This document shows, in pieces, positions 20,373 through 32,403 of a DNA stretch of 54,762 nucleotides (position 1 is the first letter of the stretch; each line of letters starts with the position of its first letter). Below the pieces are notes generated by a model, which worked only from the letters and a program-made list of their open reading frames with translations, had not been told where the DNA came from and searched no databases. Source of the DNA: Prasinococcaceae sp. CCMP 1430 (taxonomy: Eukaryota > Plantae > Prasinodermophyta); assembly GCA_013416795.1 (NCBI GenBank), contig RQSC01000750.1:126946-181707 (forward strand), read 5' to 3'. Both the position numbers and the translations under genes were made by a program.

Positions 20373-23291
20373 ATGCAGCAGAAGCTGCCGCTGGCGCCGC
20401 TGCTGCTGTGGAGGCGGCGGCGGCGGCGAAGGCCGATGGAGCGACGGCTCGGGGGTAGAGGGGCAAGGGCGCGAACAAGAGCAGTCGCCGCGGCTGTCCT
20501 TGCCGCAGCGTGGGCGTGCTTGGTCAGTGTGGTCGCTGCGCAAGAAGGCGCGAGCGCAGCGGCGGCCGCTGCGGCAACCGATCCGAAGGCTGCTGCGCCG
20601 CCTGCCGCTGTGGGCCTCGAGGACGAAGCCGGTGCGCGCACCGCCGGTGAGGGCGAATTTTCATCCGCACCCGCTCCCGCGCAGCCGCCCTTGCATCAAC
20701 AGCAGGCGGGGAAGGCGACGCAAGCGCGGACCACCCTTCCCGCCGCTGCAGGGGACCCCGGGCATCCAGATGCTGCCGGCACGGGTGAGATGAGTGAGGC
20801 GCCGGGCGGCACGTGCGCTCTGCTGTCGTGGGTTGACCTCGCTGAGACCACCTGTGAGGCACATGAGGAGGAGGGCGAGGCAGCGGCAGCGTCGCCGACT
20901 GGGGACACCAAGGAAGGAGACGTCGGCGCGGCGCGCCCGGTGAAGCCACGCGTCGGCCTTGAGGACTTCAAGCGCGCCAAGGTGGAAATTTTGGAGCAGC
21001 ACATGAAGCGCAAGGCCGAGGAGGCTGCGGCCGCCGAGGCCGGGCACGCGGCAGCTGCGGCTGCTGCCGCTGCAGCCGCACAAAACCTGGAGGTGGCAGG
21101 AGGGACCAACGGAGGTGGCAGCGGCGATGAGGGATCCACCGCAGAGGGGACGACGGCAGGGGGCGCACTGTCGGACGCCGGGGAGGCAGCTCCCGCGGCT
21201 CCGCCACCGCCAGCACCGCCTCCTCGGGCTGGCGCGTACACCGTGCCGACAGATGACGCGGGTCGTGTGAATTATGCGTCGTCTCTGAATGGCGCATCCG
21301 TGCTCGCAGCGAATGCCGACGCCAAGTCCAAGTCGGCGCTCGTCACGGACAGCCGCGACCAGTACATGATCTCGCCCTGCTCCAGCACCAAGTGGTTCAT
21401 CCTGGAGCTCTCCGCCGAAGTCATCGTCGACACCCTCGTTTTAGGTAATTACGAAGTGTACTCTGGCACGGTGCGTGAATTTGAGGTGTGGGGCTCTCAG
21501 ATTCAGGTCGAACCTTCGGATCCGCGCTGGGAGCACCTGAGCACCTTGGAGGCGTCGAAGTCGAAGCAGAAGCAGCGCTTCGTGCTCGAAGGCAACGAGA
21601 GGTGGAGCAGGTATTTGCTGATCAAGATGAACACGCACTGGGGCACCGAAAGCTACTGTACACTCACGTCCATCAAAGTGTTTGGTCGCGACGCCATCGA
21701 GAACCTCAGGCACGAGATGGAGGGCATGAGCGCCGAGATGGAGGAGTTCAACAAACTCATCCACGAGCAGGAGGGAAAGCAGGAGAAGAGTGACGAGGAT
21801 TCCGCAGCCCCAGCCTCCGCGGGACTGGCGGCGCCCGAAGGTGCTGTGGATGTCGCGACAGAAAACGCAGGCCCAGACTTTTCCAATGAGGCTGCCGCCG
21901 ATGGCGCCGCGGAAGACGCATCCCTCGGGGAAGGCGAGGCAGTCGCGCCCACGGCCTCGAGCGTTACCAACGCATCTGCGGCACGCAATGACGTGGTGGC
22001 ACCAGCGAACGTTTCGGATGGCGACACGCAGCAGGGGCAGGTGAACAGTTCTGCTGGCGAGGGAGGAGTCAACGCTGTCACAGGCGCTACCATGGACGCA
22101 TCCATTGAAGGCGCGGGCGAGCATGCGGTTTTGCCCCACCAGGACGCGCAACAAGCCCGCGGGGGCCGGGAGGGCGAAGCAGAGAGTGGGATTGAGGCCT
22201 TGGCGAACGAAACGGCAGCGGCGAGCGCTGGTGAGCGCACCGAGGCCGTGAGTCCGGATCCGGTCTCTGATGGCATTGCAGACACAGCCGACGCTGCTGA
22301 CCCGGTGGCAGAGCCCGGAACCGTGCTCGGGCAGCTGGCGAGTGCGCTGAAGGGCCTCGTGGCAGAGACGTCCGCGCCTCCACCTGCCGACGGCGAATCG
22401 CCATCTAGTGCCGTCGGCGTCGCAAATATGACCTCCGACGAGAAAGTCACTGGGCTGAGCGCGTCCGTCAAGAGCTCATCGGCTCCATCTGAGCTCAATG
22501 CCACCTCGTCCTCGATGAAGGCCGATGATCTCGGCAAAGACACCGCTCGTGTCACCAGCGACGTCGAGGCAGCTCATGACGCAGGTGCCGACGCGCAAAC
22601 CGGCGCCTCAGCCACCGCCACCGCTGATCTGCCGTCGAAGGCCGATGCGGATCACCCGCATGCTCAGGCTGACGCGCAAGCGGAGGCATCTACCCAGACG
22701 GTGACCTCGACGCCGACACCGCCCCCCTCTTCGCCCCCTTCGAAGACCTCGTCGCTGAAGTCTTCGCCCGCGCCTTCTTCAAACCAACCGGCATCGACGT
22801 CGGGCCCAGTCCAGCCAGGCGCATCGACCCAACCCCTGGCTGCCTCAGCGCCTCGCACGCTTCAGAATGAACAGCAGAACGTTTTTAAAGCCTTGATCAC
22901 CCGCATCAAGAACCTCGAGGTGAACTCCTCCATATTCGAGACCTACGTTGAAGAGAGCAACTCGGACTTTGAAGAGCGCTTCGACTTCCTGGAGGCACAG
23001 CAGACCAAGATCGACACGCGCTGTGCGAATGCGACACTGACGTTGGTGGCATCAGCCGAGCATTATGCCAGGATGGAGAGCAAGCGCGCAAGCGAGGAGG
23101 CGCGCCTGCGCGAGGCGGTGATGGTCGCTGCCGAGCGCCGCCTGAGCGTGCTGGCGCTCGAGGTGGCACGCGCCGAGGCCGAGAGCGCGCGGCTCGCCCT
23201 CGCGGCTTTCGTGAGCTCGGTCTGTGCGTGCTTGGCGGTCGCGGCTCTTATCGTTCAGAGGCACCTGGAGCAGAGCAGGGGCAAGCTCTGA
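20373..23291 (+). CDS. Mid-SUN domain protein (SLP1/SUCO/plant SUN3-5-like); start at 20373 or 20436
   Basis: N-terminal hydrophobic segment; central SUN domain (VNYAS..NGA.VL..N, D.YMISPCS..KWFILELS, GNYE.YS, HWGTE.YCTL); NVFK.L..RIK.LE coiled coil; C-terminal TM helix. Confidence 0.85.
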   Translation: MQQKLPLAPLLLWRRRRRRRPMERRLGGRGARARTRAVAAAVLAAAWACLVSVVAAQEGASAAAAAAATDPKAAAPPAAVGLEDEAGARTAGEGEFSSAPAPAQPPLHQQQAGKATQARTTLPAAAGDPGHPDAAGTGEMSEAPGGTCALLSWVDLAETTCEAHEEEGEAAAASPTGDTKEGDVGAARPVKPRVGLEDFKRAKVEILEQHMKRKAEEAAAAEAGHAAAAAAAAAAAQNLEVAGGTNGGGSGDEGSTAEGTTAGGALSDAGEAAPAAPPPPAPPPRAGAYTVPTDDAGRVNYASSLNGASVLAANADAKSKSALVTDSRDQYMISPCSSTKWFILELSAEVIVDTLVLGNYEVYSGTVREFEVWGSQIQVEPSDPRWEHLSTLEASKSKQKQRFVLEGNERWSRYLLIKMNTHWGTESYCTLTSIKVFGRDAIENLRHEMEGMSAEMEEFNKLIHEQEGKQEKSDEDSAAPASAGLAAPEGAVDVATENAGPDFSNEAAADGAAEDASLGEGEAVAPTASSVTNASAARNDVVAPANVSDGDTQQGQVNSSAGEGGVNAVTGATMDASIEGAGEHAVLPHQDAQQARGGREGEAESGIEALANETAAASAGERTEAVSPDPVSDGIADTADAADPVAEPGTVLGQLASALKGLVAETSAPPPADGESPSSAVGVANMTSDEKVTGLSASVKSSSAPSELNATSSSMKADDLGKDTARVTSDVEAAHDAGADAQTGASATATADLPSKADADHPHAQADAQAEASTQTVTSTPTPPPSSPPSKTSSLKSSPAPSSNQPASTSGPVQPGASTQPLAASAPRTLQNEQQNVFKALITRIKNLEVNSSIFETYVEESNSDFEERFDFLEAQQTKIDTRCANATLTLVASAEHYARMESKRASEEARLREAVMVAAERRLSVLALEVARAEAESARLALAAFVSSVCACLAVAALIVQRHLEQSRGKL

Positions 23292-23670
23292 CTCCTAAGA
23301 CGGCGGTCAGTCGGAGCATCGGTTTGAAGCGCAGCCACTCCGGGCACAAGCGACCACGAAAGTGGCGACGCACGACACTTTGGTAATAGTGCGACTCACG
23401 CACACCTATTAATATTTCGCATGAAAACAAAGAGGGAGCGATATGTGGAGTCGCGAGCGACCAGGCGCGCGCCTCTCTCATCGACGCTCTACTGCCTATC
23501 GCAACGGACGCGTTACACTGCACAGTCGTGTGCTCACCCATGCATGCATTCGCACCTGCGCCGCCACCGCCCGCGAGCGCGGCGCTGCATCTCGCACTCA
23601 TTATTATCATCGTTGGCCGGGCAAGGCCGCGGCCCGAGCCAGGAGCTCCCGCCTACTGCCGCTCCCGGGC

Positions 23671-24285
23671 CTAGCCTAAGTTCTCGACGGCCGCGTTCGC
23701 TCCGGCGTTCTCGAAGGTGTACTTGATGGCCTGCATGGCGTCTTCCAGGGCGTTCTGCACGCGCTTGTCGCGCGCCTTGATGTCGTAGTCCTCAGCGAAG
23801 GGCGTCATGTATTCCGGGTCGATCCATGCCCAGTTCTTGTCACCGTAGAAGCTCACGAGGACGTGCCCTTCGCGGTGCTTCTGCTTCAGCTGCTCTGCCG
23901 TCTTCATGTCGTCCACCACGACGTGAGCAGGCCACCAGGGAAACTTCTTGAACTTGGCCCACACCACCTCACACGGGACGAAGGTTCGCCTGCGTTCGGT
24001 CACGGGCTCCTTCTGCTCACCGCCTCCCACGACGGCGTCCGCGCCCCCGGCGGAGAGCTTTGCTGCCGCATCTTTCGCGTCATTGCTCACGCCGACGGCG
24101 CCGTCGCCGAGAGCGCCGCCAATGTCACCGTCCGTCGCCATTGCGAGCAGCTCCTCCTCGGTGGCGTGGTTGAGCTCAGTCGCATTGTTGAGCTCCAACG
24201 CGCTTCCGAACGCGCCCCCGTCTGGAACGGCCGGAGCCACGACCGGAGCCTCCGCCGGCTCGCCGCCCGCGGGCGCCGCCTCAAC
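23671..24285 (-). CDS. PWWP-domain protein; 3' exon only, 5' exon probably in the N-gap
   Basis: EVVWAKFKKFPWWPAHVV..VLVSFYGDKNWAW. A CTGACAG acceptor at 24286 is in phase 0 with the ORF. Confidence 0.8.
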   Translation of the reverse strand, partial: VEAAPAGGEPAEAPVVAPAVPDGGAFGSALELNNATELNHATEEELLAMATDGDIGGALGDGAVGVSNDAKDAAAKLSAGGADAVVGGGEQKEPVTERRRTFVPCEVVWAKFKKFPWWPAHVVVDDMKTAEQLKQKHREGHVLVSFYGDKNWAWIDPEYMTPFAEDYDIKARDKRVQNALEDAMQAIKYTFENAGANAAVENLG

Positions 24286-24416
24286 CTGTCAGGCGCGCGC
24301 GCCACATTAGCAAGGCAGTCACTCGCCGCCAGCAGCCGGCAGCGCGCTGGCGCGCCGGCGTCCCCCCCCCCCCTGCCAACCCTAGCGCCCGCGCACCCGC
24401 CCTCCCCCCGCGCCCG

Positions 24417-24727
24417 NNNNNNNNNNNNNNNNNNNNNNNNNNNNNNNNNNNNNNNNNNNNNNNNNNNNNNNNNNNNNNNNNNNNNNNNNNNNNNNNNNNN
24501 NNNNNNNNNNNNNNNNNNNNNNNNNNNNNNNNNNNNNNNNNNNNNNNNNNNNNNNNNNNNNNNNNNNNNNNNNNNNNNNNNNNNNNNNNNNNNNNNNNNN
24601 NNNNNNNNNNNNNNNNNNNNNNNNNNNNNNNNNNNNNNNNNNNNNNNNNNNNNNNNNNNNNNNNNNNNNNNNNNNNNNNNNNNNNNNNNNNNNNNNNNNN
24701 NNNNNNNNNNNNNNNNNNNNNNNNNNN
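24417..24727. other. Assembly gap (N run)
   Basis: 311 Ns. Smaller gaps at 42668-42696 and 43216-43234; single Ns at 28003, 35842 and 46212. Confidence 0.99.
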
Positions 24728-25734
24728 CCGCCTCGCGCCGCGCCGCGCGGCGGCGCGTTGCGGTGCGGGCGCCGCCGTCGAGGCGGGCGAGACAGTGGTG
24801 GTGCTGGGCGCCACTGGAGGGGTGGGGCAGCTCACCGTGGCCAAGCTCGCGGAGCGCGGCTTCAAGGTGCGCGCAGTGAGCCGCAACGCCGCGAGGTGCG
24901 CGCAGATCTTCGCGGGGGCGGGCGGGGCGTCCGAGGCCATCGAGTGCGTCGCTGCCGACGGCCGCGACGAGGCGTCCCTCGCCGGCCTGTTCGAGGGCGC
25001 TGCAGCGGTCATCGCGTGCACGGGCACGACGGCGTTCCCCTCGGCGAGATGGAAGGCCGACGAAAATGGCAGCAACAATCCTCGCCAGACGGACATCGTG
25101 GGCGCCACCAACTGCATGAAGGCAGCTGCTGAGCAGTGCGGCGCGGAGCTGAAGCGCTACGCGCTACTCACCTCGGTCGGAACTGAGCGATACGACCAAT
25201 TTCCTTACAAGGTGCTCAACGCGTTCGGCGTGCTCGAGTGCAAGGCCGAGGCGGAGCGCTACCTGCGCGAGCAGTCTGGACTCGCATACACCATCGTCAG
25301 GCCGTGCCGCCTCACTGATGGGCCCTACACATCGTATGGTACGCCACTCTCCCACCCCACGTCACCCCACCCCCCACCCATCCGTCCCCGGTTCGCACAC
25401 GCGCTGGTCGCCGCACTACTTGCGACGTGTAGCGCCCATGCACCGGTGCTGACATGCGCTCGCCCGCACGGAACGCGCGTGCCGGTGCGCTCTCGGGGTT
25501 GCAGACCTGAACACGCTGCTGAAGGGCGTCGCAGGCGAGCGCCAGGACGTGGTCCTCGCGCCGGGTGACTCTCTCGACGGCGAGGTGAGCCGCATCGCCG
25601 TCGCCGAGTGCCTCGTGCAGTGCCTCACGCATCCCGAGACCGAGGGGGCTACCTTCGGGGTGCTGAGCACGAAAGGCACCGGCCCTGGCTCAGACGAGGA
25701 CGCCTGGAGCAAGCTCTTCGCCGGGGTGCTCTAG
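24728..25734 (+). CDS. NAD(P)-binding Rossmann-fold protein, At4g31530-like (probably plastid-targeted); 5' partial; intron 25339-25504
   Basis: VLGATGGVGQL and CTGTTAFPS.RW. Splicing GTACGC..CAG gives GPYTSYDLNTLLKGVAGERQDV..GD.L.GEVSR, matching the plant family. Confidence 0.85.
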
Positions 25735-26061
25735 ATCTAGGCAGCAAATCCTAGAGGCCAACCCACGCGCAAGAAGAGGGCGAGGCAAACGCAACGCGCC
25801 GTGGCGAGAGGGGCCGTAGTGGCGAGAGGGACCGACGAGCGCGCGCGCGCGCGCTCGGCGCTGCGCGCCTCCCACTATCCACATGCACGCGCCGCGCGCG
25901 GCAGTGGCGGTGCGATGGTATACCAATGGGCTTGCCTGTACAAAAGGGCGGGGCACCCGCCACCTGAGCTCGCGGCTGGCGCGGTGATTGCGCGCAACGC
26001 GCTCCTCCCCCCGAGTGCGGACAGCGCGCCGCGCGCAGGCGCGCCTCACGCGCCGCAGCGC

Positions 26062-27390
26062 TCACTGCTGCTGCTGCTGGTCGCCGCTGGTATTCAGCAC
26101 GAGCTCCTTGCCCGTGATGCGGCGATACATATCAAAGACGTCGTCCATCGTCGTCTCGAAGTGCGATGTCTCATCATAGCTCTTCGAGATAAACACGCCG
26201 TCCCCGGTGCCGTCAGCGACGGGCTCGTAGACGTCCTGCACGTCGAAGAACTTCTCATCGACCCCGCCGAGCAGCGCAAGACCCGCGGAGACCTCGGACT
26301 CAGGACGGTCGGTCTCGACGGCCGTGGACACGAAGGCGATGTACTTGCCCCTGGCAGCCACCTGGTGCGCAAACGACGAGCAAAAGACGTAGATGTCCGT
26401 CTTGCGGCCGGTCTGCGACTGCGGGATGATAATCTGCACGCTGTGCCCGTCATTGGTGTTCGGGATGGGGTGCGACATGATGCAGATGCAGCGCACCACG
26501 CGGCCGACCTTCTTCACCTTCTGCTGCGCGTAGTGGTTGTCGCACACGACCACCTTCGCGCGCGCAGTCTCGCCCTCGCTCTTGACTCCGACGGCCTTGC
26601 CCGCCTCGTCGTACACGATCTCAGCATCGGGCTTGTTGAGCATGTAGGTGCCGCCGTACACGGCGCTCAGGCGCGCGAAGGCCTGCGGCAGCTCGCCCAG
26701 GCCATACAGCGGGTACAGATACGGCGAGCCGGTGTCGAAGCGCGCGAGCGACTCGTGGTACAGCTGGATTGCCTTGACGGTGGGCAGCGCGGGCTCGTTG
26801 ATGTACGAGTCCTCGCGCTTGAGCGCGAGCGCGTGGCCGATGAACTCGATGGTCGCGGGCTCGAGGTTGTAGTAGGTGTACAAGTCTTTCATCGTCATGC
26901 GCGCGAGGTCCATGCCCTTGTGCGTGCGCGCGTCGTCGTCGTCGTAGTCGTTCACGAACTTGAAGAAGCCCATCGCGCGGCGCTTCTCGAAGAGCCCCAT
27001 GAGCGGGCTCAGCATGGCCTCCTTAGGTGTGCACGGCACCTTGCACACCTTGTTGTTGCGGAGGACGAAGGATCCGTCAACAGCTTTGAACTCGAGGTAC
27101 TTGGTGACGTCGGTGTGGATGAGCACGTCGACCATGTTGCCAGCCCCCATGATGAACTTGGGGATGAGGTCGATGTTCCAGTCGCGGTTGTGGCCGAGCG
27201 CCTCGGGCGGCTTTGCGCCGCCCTTGAACTTGTCGTAGAGCTGCGTGAGCGTCACCGACGCGGCGTCGCCGCCGTAGTACCCGTTGCGGTCCATGTGCAG
27301 CACCTTTTTGCCGTCGCACGAGAGCAGGCCGCTGAGGATGCACTCGGTGAGGCCGGTGCCCAGCACGATGGCGTCATACTCCTCGTCCAT
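26062..27390 (-). CDS. GDI: Rab GDP dissociation inhibitor
   Basis: MDEEYDAIVLGTGLTECILSGLLS..GKKVLHMDRN.YYGG, DLIPKF, SPYLYPLYGLGELPQAFARLSAVYGGTYML. Confidence 0.97.
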   Translation of the reverse strand: MDEEYDAIVLGTGLTECILSGLLSCDGKKVLHMDRNGYYGGDAASVTLTQLYDKFKGGAKPPEALGHNRDWNIDLIPKFIMGAGNMVDVLIHTDVTKYLEFKAVDGSFVLRNNKVCKVPCTPKEAMLSPLMGLFEKRRAMGFFKFVNDYDDDDARTHKGMDLARMTMKDLYTYYNLEPATIEFIGHALALKREDSYINEPALPTVKAIQLYHESLARFDTGSPYLYPLYGLGELPQAFARLSAVYGGTYMLNKPDAEIVYDEAGKAVGVKSEGETARAKVVVCDNHYAQQKVKKVGRVVRCICIMSHPIPNTNDGHSVQIIIPQSQTGRKTDIYVFCSSFAHQVAARGKYIAFVSTAVETDRPESEVSAGLALLGGVDEKFFDVQDVYEPVADGTGDGVFISKSYDETSHFETTMDDVFDMYRRITGKELVLNTSGDQQQQQ

Positions 27391-27922
27391 GCCTGCCTCC
27401 CGCAGGCAAACGCCGAGTGGCGCGCACCCCCCCCCCCGCCCGCCGCGCGCCCTGTGGCACCGCCGCGCGCCCTCCCCCACCCACCCGCGCGAGCGCGCGC
27501 CACCGCCTCCGCCGCCGCGCGGCGCGCGCGCTTCTTTCCCCACTTCGCGCCCCGCAGCTCGACGGCGACGGCGCTCGGGCCGCCCGCGCAAGAGAGCGAA
27601 AGCGAGCGGGTGCTCGCCAATGCGCATTTATTTTTGTGATCATTTCACCCACGGGAGACTTATTGGACGATGCCGTCTCACGCGATCACGGGACAAAAAA
27701 AAATGGGCAAGGCTTTTCAGATTCGATTCGACGCGCAGCGAAAAAAAAAGAGTTCTTTAAAAAAACGGCGTGGGTTTTCGGATCCGTAATTCTCCCAGTC
27801 ACGATTCTCATCAAGTTCATTGCACTTGATAAAACCGTATTCACACGCATTTCGTTCGCGCGGCGTCGATGAGTGCGGCGTAGGGTCCTGCGACCCGGTG
27901 AGTTCTAATGTAACGCTTTTGG

Positions 27923-27929
<7 letters not shown>

Positions 27930-28002
<73 letters not shown>
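27930..28002. repeat. Poly-T run (about 73 nt) next to an N
   Basis: Read directly; probably a gap-edge artefact. Confidence 0.9.
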
Positions 28003-28004
28003 NG

Positions 28005-29003
<999 letters not shown>

Positions 29004-29136
29004 TAATCAGCACAGATTTTATTTCCGCCCTGGCCCTGCCCAAGAGATCTGCGTCGCGCCAGCACGCTACGCTGCGAGTGCGCGGGGCCTCGTGGGGCGC
29101 CGCCTGTCGTGCCGCCTCGAGTGCCCCGCCACCTCA

Positions 29137-30053
29137 TTAGAACTTGGAGAAGAGCCTTTCTGATGTGGCTGTATCCACCATCTTCCCAGTGTGGTCGTCG
29201 ATGGACTCCGGGTACTTGTCGAAGTTGTGCGTGTCTCCCTCGCCGCGTACGTCCGGCACGATGGGGCTTGGGTAGCTGTAGGTGAGCATCGCCTGCCAGT
29301 CGAAGCCCTTGAACCACTTGTGCCTCTTGATGTCCTCGGCGCCGTTCCTGAGGTTGCCAATGCGCTTGGTGCGATCGGCGCTAAGCAACTTCCTGACCAG
29401 GTCCTTGGCGTGCGGGTCGAAGTGCCTCGGGAACTCCAACCTGCCCGCGAGGATCTTCTGGTAGATGCCGAAGGGGTTCTCGTCGTAGAAAGGCGGATAC
29501 CCTGCAAGCAATTCGTAAATGAGAATCCCCAGTGCCCACCAGTCGACGCCCTTGCCATGGCCCTTGGATTGGATGATCTCCGGGGCCAAGTACTCAGGCG
29601 TGCCGCAGAGCGTCCACGTCCGGTCCACCACCTTCTTCGCGAAGCCGAAGTCAGTGATCTTGAGGTAGCCGCGCGCGTCCAGCAGAAGGTTCTCGGGCTT
29701 CAGGTCTCGGTACACGATGTCCTTGGCGTGTAGGTATTGGATGGCGAGCACGATCGAGCCCGCGAAGAAGCGCGTGGTGTCGTTTGAGAAGCGACCCGCC
29801 TTTCGCAGATGCGAGAAGATCTCGCCACCTGGGACGTACTCCATGAGCATGTACAGACTCTTCGCGTCCTTGTACGTGGCGGAGAGGTTCACGATGAAGG
29901 GGTGCTCAACCTGTGCCAGGATGGCCTTCTCCGACATTATGTGCTCCACCTGCTTCAGCCTGATGATCTCATTCTTCTTGAGGATCTTCAGCGCCAGGTA
30001 GCGCGAGGACTCCTTGTGCCGGACCAAACGCACGCGGCCGAATGTGCCGGTGC
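29137..30053 (-). CDS. cAMP-dependent protein kinase catalytic subunit (PKA-C/PRKX-like); first exon not found
   Basis: GTGTFGRV, EIIRLKQVEH..SEK, RTWTLCGTPEYLAPEII, GYPPF.D, DTHNFDKYPE and terminal FSKF. Acceptor CCGCAG at 30054 follows a pyrimidine tract. Confidence 0.9.
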
Positions 30054-30359
30054 CTGCGGGCGGACGGTGAATCGCGGCAGCGGCGCGGCAACAAACGGGG
30101 ACGGGTGGAGGAGGCAAAGGGGCGGATCGCCCAGTCCGTCAGCGCGTGCCTAGCCTGGCGGCGCGCTGCACTGCGGCACAGCCTCGCACGAGGGGACGCC
30201 GCGCGCCTTGGCCGCGGCGACCGCCCCCCGCCACCCACTTCTCACCCCTCGCTCTCCAGGCGCGCGGACGTGTGCGTGCGTGGCATCTTAGCACGTTTCT
30301 ACACTGCGTCTAGGACGCACGGTCCCTCCGCGGCGCGCACGTGCACAGCAGCCGTTTCC

Positions 30360-30545
30360 CACACACAGACACTCCCCCACCCACACACACACACACCACC
30401 ACCACGACCACCCCACACGCTCACACACATCGACGGTGTAGCCCCTCCCCCCCCACCCCGCCCACAGCGCCTCACCACACCCCACCCCACCCCACCCCAC
30501 CCCACCCCACTCCACCCCACGCCACCCCACCCACACAACCAACCA
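30360..30545. repeat. (CA)n and (CCCCA)n simple repeats
   Basis: Read directly. A similar (GGGGT)n tract lies at 49490-49530. Confidence 0.85.
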
Positions 30546-30637
30546 ACCTGACACGCGTGTGTTCACGCGACCACGTGCTCACGCGCGCATGATCCTCTTC
30601 CGACCCCGGACCCCGCGTTCGCGCGCCGCGCGCGCAG

Positions 30638-32206
30638 GGTGCCGACGCGCTTGCCCGCCGTGGCGCGCGCACCAAGGCGCTGCTGTCCGAGCGGCGGCTG
30701 CCACGCGCGCCATGGCCCGAGCCCGCGCTCGAGGCGCTGCTGCACGATCTGGCGTCAATGGACTCGAATAACTTCGACGCCAATTGCGGCGTCGGTGAGC
30801 GCGAGGCGCGCGTCGCGTCGTCGCTCGTGCGACGCCGCAACCTGGGGTTCGCGCACGGCATTGGGCGCTCGGGTGACGTCGCTGCTGAGCAGCCCAAGGC
30901 CGCGGGCTCGTCGCTGCTCGCGAAGCTCGCTAGATGCCTCGCCGCGGACGCTCTTCGTGTCGCGGGTTACAAAGACGTCGGTGATGTGCTGGTGCTGCCA
31001 CTCGCAACCGGCATGGCTCTCTCTCAGACGCTGCTCGCACTCATGCGCGCGCGTGGCCCGGGTGCGCGGAGGGTGATATGGCCGCGCATCGACCAGAAGA
31101 CGTGCGTTAAGGCCATCGCGATGCTTGGCCTGGAGCTCGTGCCTGTGCCAGAGACGCTCGTTGGAGATGAGCTGCGGACGGACGTCGAGGCGGTGCGGGC
31201 GGTGCTTGAGGACGACCCGAAGGGCGTGCTGGCGGTTGTCACCACCGCCAGCTGCTTCGCACCGCGCGCTTGCGACTCGCTTGCAGAGGTCGCCAAGCTC
31301 TGCAAGAGCCTCGATGTCCCACACATAATCAACAACGCCTACGGCGTGCAGGCTGCGCCCATCGCGAGGGAGGTTTGTTCCGCATGGCGCAAGGGGCGCG
31401 TTGATTGCGTCGTGTCGTCAACCGACAAGAATTTTATGGTGCCGGTGGGCGGCGCGCTGCTGTATGCACACAAGGATGCCGGTGCACTCATCGAGGCGGT
31501 GGCGAAGGCGTATCCCGGTCGCGCATGCGCAGCGCCAGCCATCGACCTCTTTGCTACTTTGCTGGGCTGGGGTGAGAGCGGATGGCGACGAGTGCTCGAC
31601 GATCGCGAGCGTATCTATGCGTACGCGCGCGCCCGGCTCGAGGAGGTAGCGGCGGCTCTCGGCGAGCGCGTGCTCGAGACGCCGGGAAACCCGATCTCAC
31701 TGGCGATGACGCTCGACTCTTTTGACGGCAGCGGTGCGACAGCGCTGGGTTCGATGCTCTTCACGCGACTCGTGTCGGGCACGCGCGTTGTCGACCGCAG
31801 GAAGGTGCGTGCTAGCCCACGGCTCTTGTTCGCATTGGGCATCGACGCTCGTTAATGTGCGCAAATGCACGGCAGCGGACGAGCGCGCTCCTCTTTGCCG
31901 CTGACACCCGCGCCCGTTTTTGCGCCACCACACACTCGCGCGACTTCCCGCTCTTCCTTTCCTCGCCCCCATTAGACGGAGACCGTGGGAGGATATACCT
32001 TCGAGTGCTATGGCGCGCACAGTGATGACTATCCACATACGTACCTGACCGTTGCTGCTGCAGTTGGCACGTCCAAAGAGGACATCGACCTTTTCTGCGA
32101 ACGGCTGCTCAAGAGCGCCAAGGACTGGCGAAAAAAAGCAGGCAGGGCCGCGGCTAGGGCTGCCGCTGACGCCGCAGAGGCGACGGCTAGCTTGTCACTG
32201 GATTGA
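30638..32206 (+). CDS. SEPSECS: O-phosphoseryl-tRNA(Sec) selenium transferase; exons 30638-31804 and 31976-32206; first exon not found
   Basis: MDSNNF...GVGERE.R, HGIGRSGD..A.QPKAAGSS, PLATGM, WPRIDQK.C.K, HIINNAYG, SSTDKNFMVPVGG, GS.LF.R.VSG.RV. Spliced last exon: F..YGAH...YLT.AAA.G. Confidence 0.93.
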
Positions 32207-32403
32207 GGAGAGCAGGCGAGGTCGTAGCAGAGCGTTCTGACAGCGGCGCGTGCGGCTGCACGACGCGAGCGAGAGCGAGAGAGCAGGCGCAACACGCGCC
32301 CTCGGTTGGCGCGCATGAACAAGCGTCCCGACCTCACCTGTGGCCTCGTCGAGTCTCTTGACATGATAATAGCGAGAAAATAATTGGAATTATTTTGGAT
32401 CAT

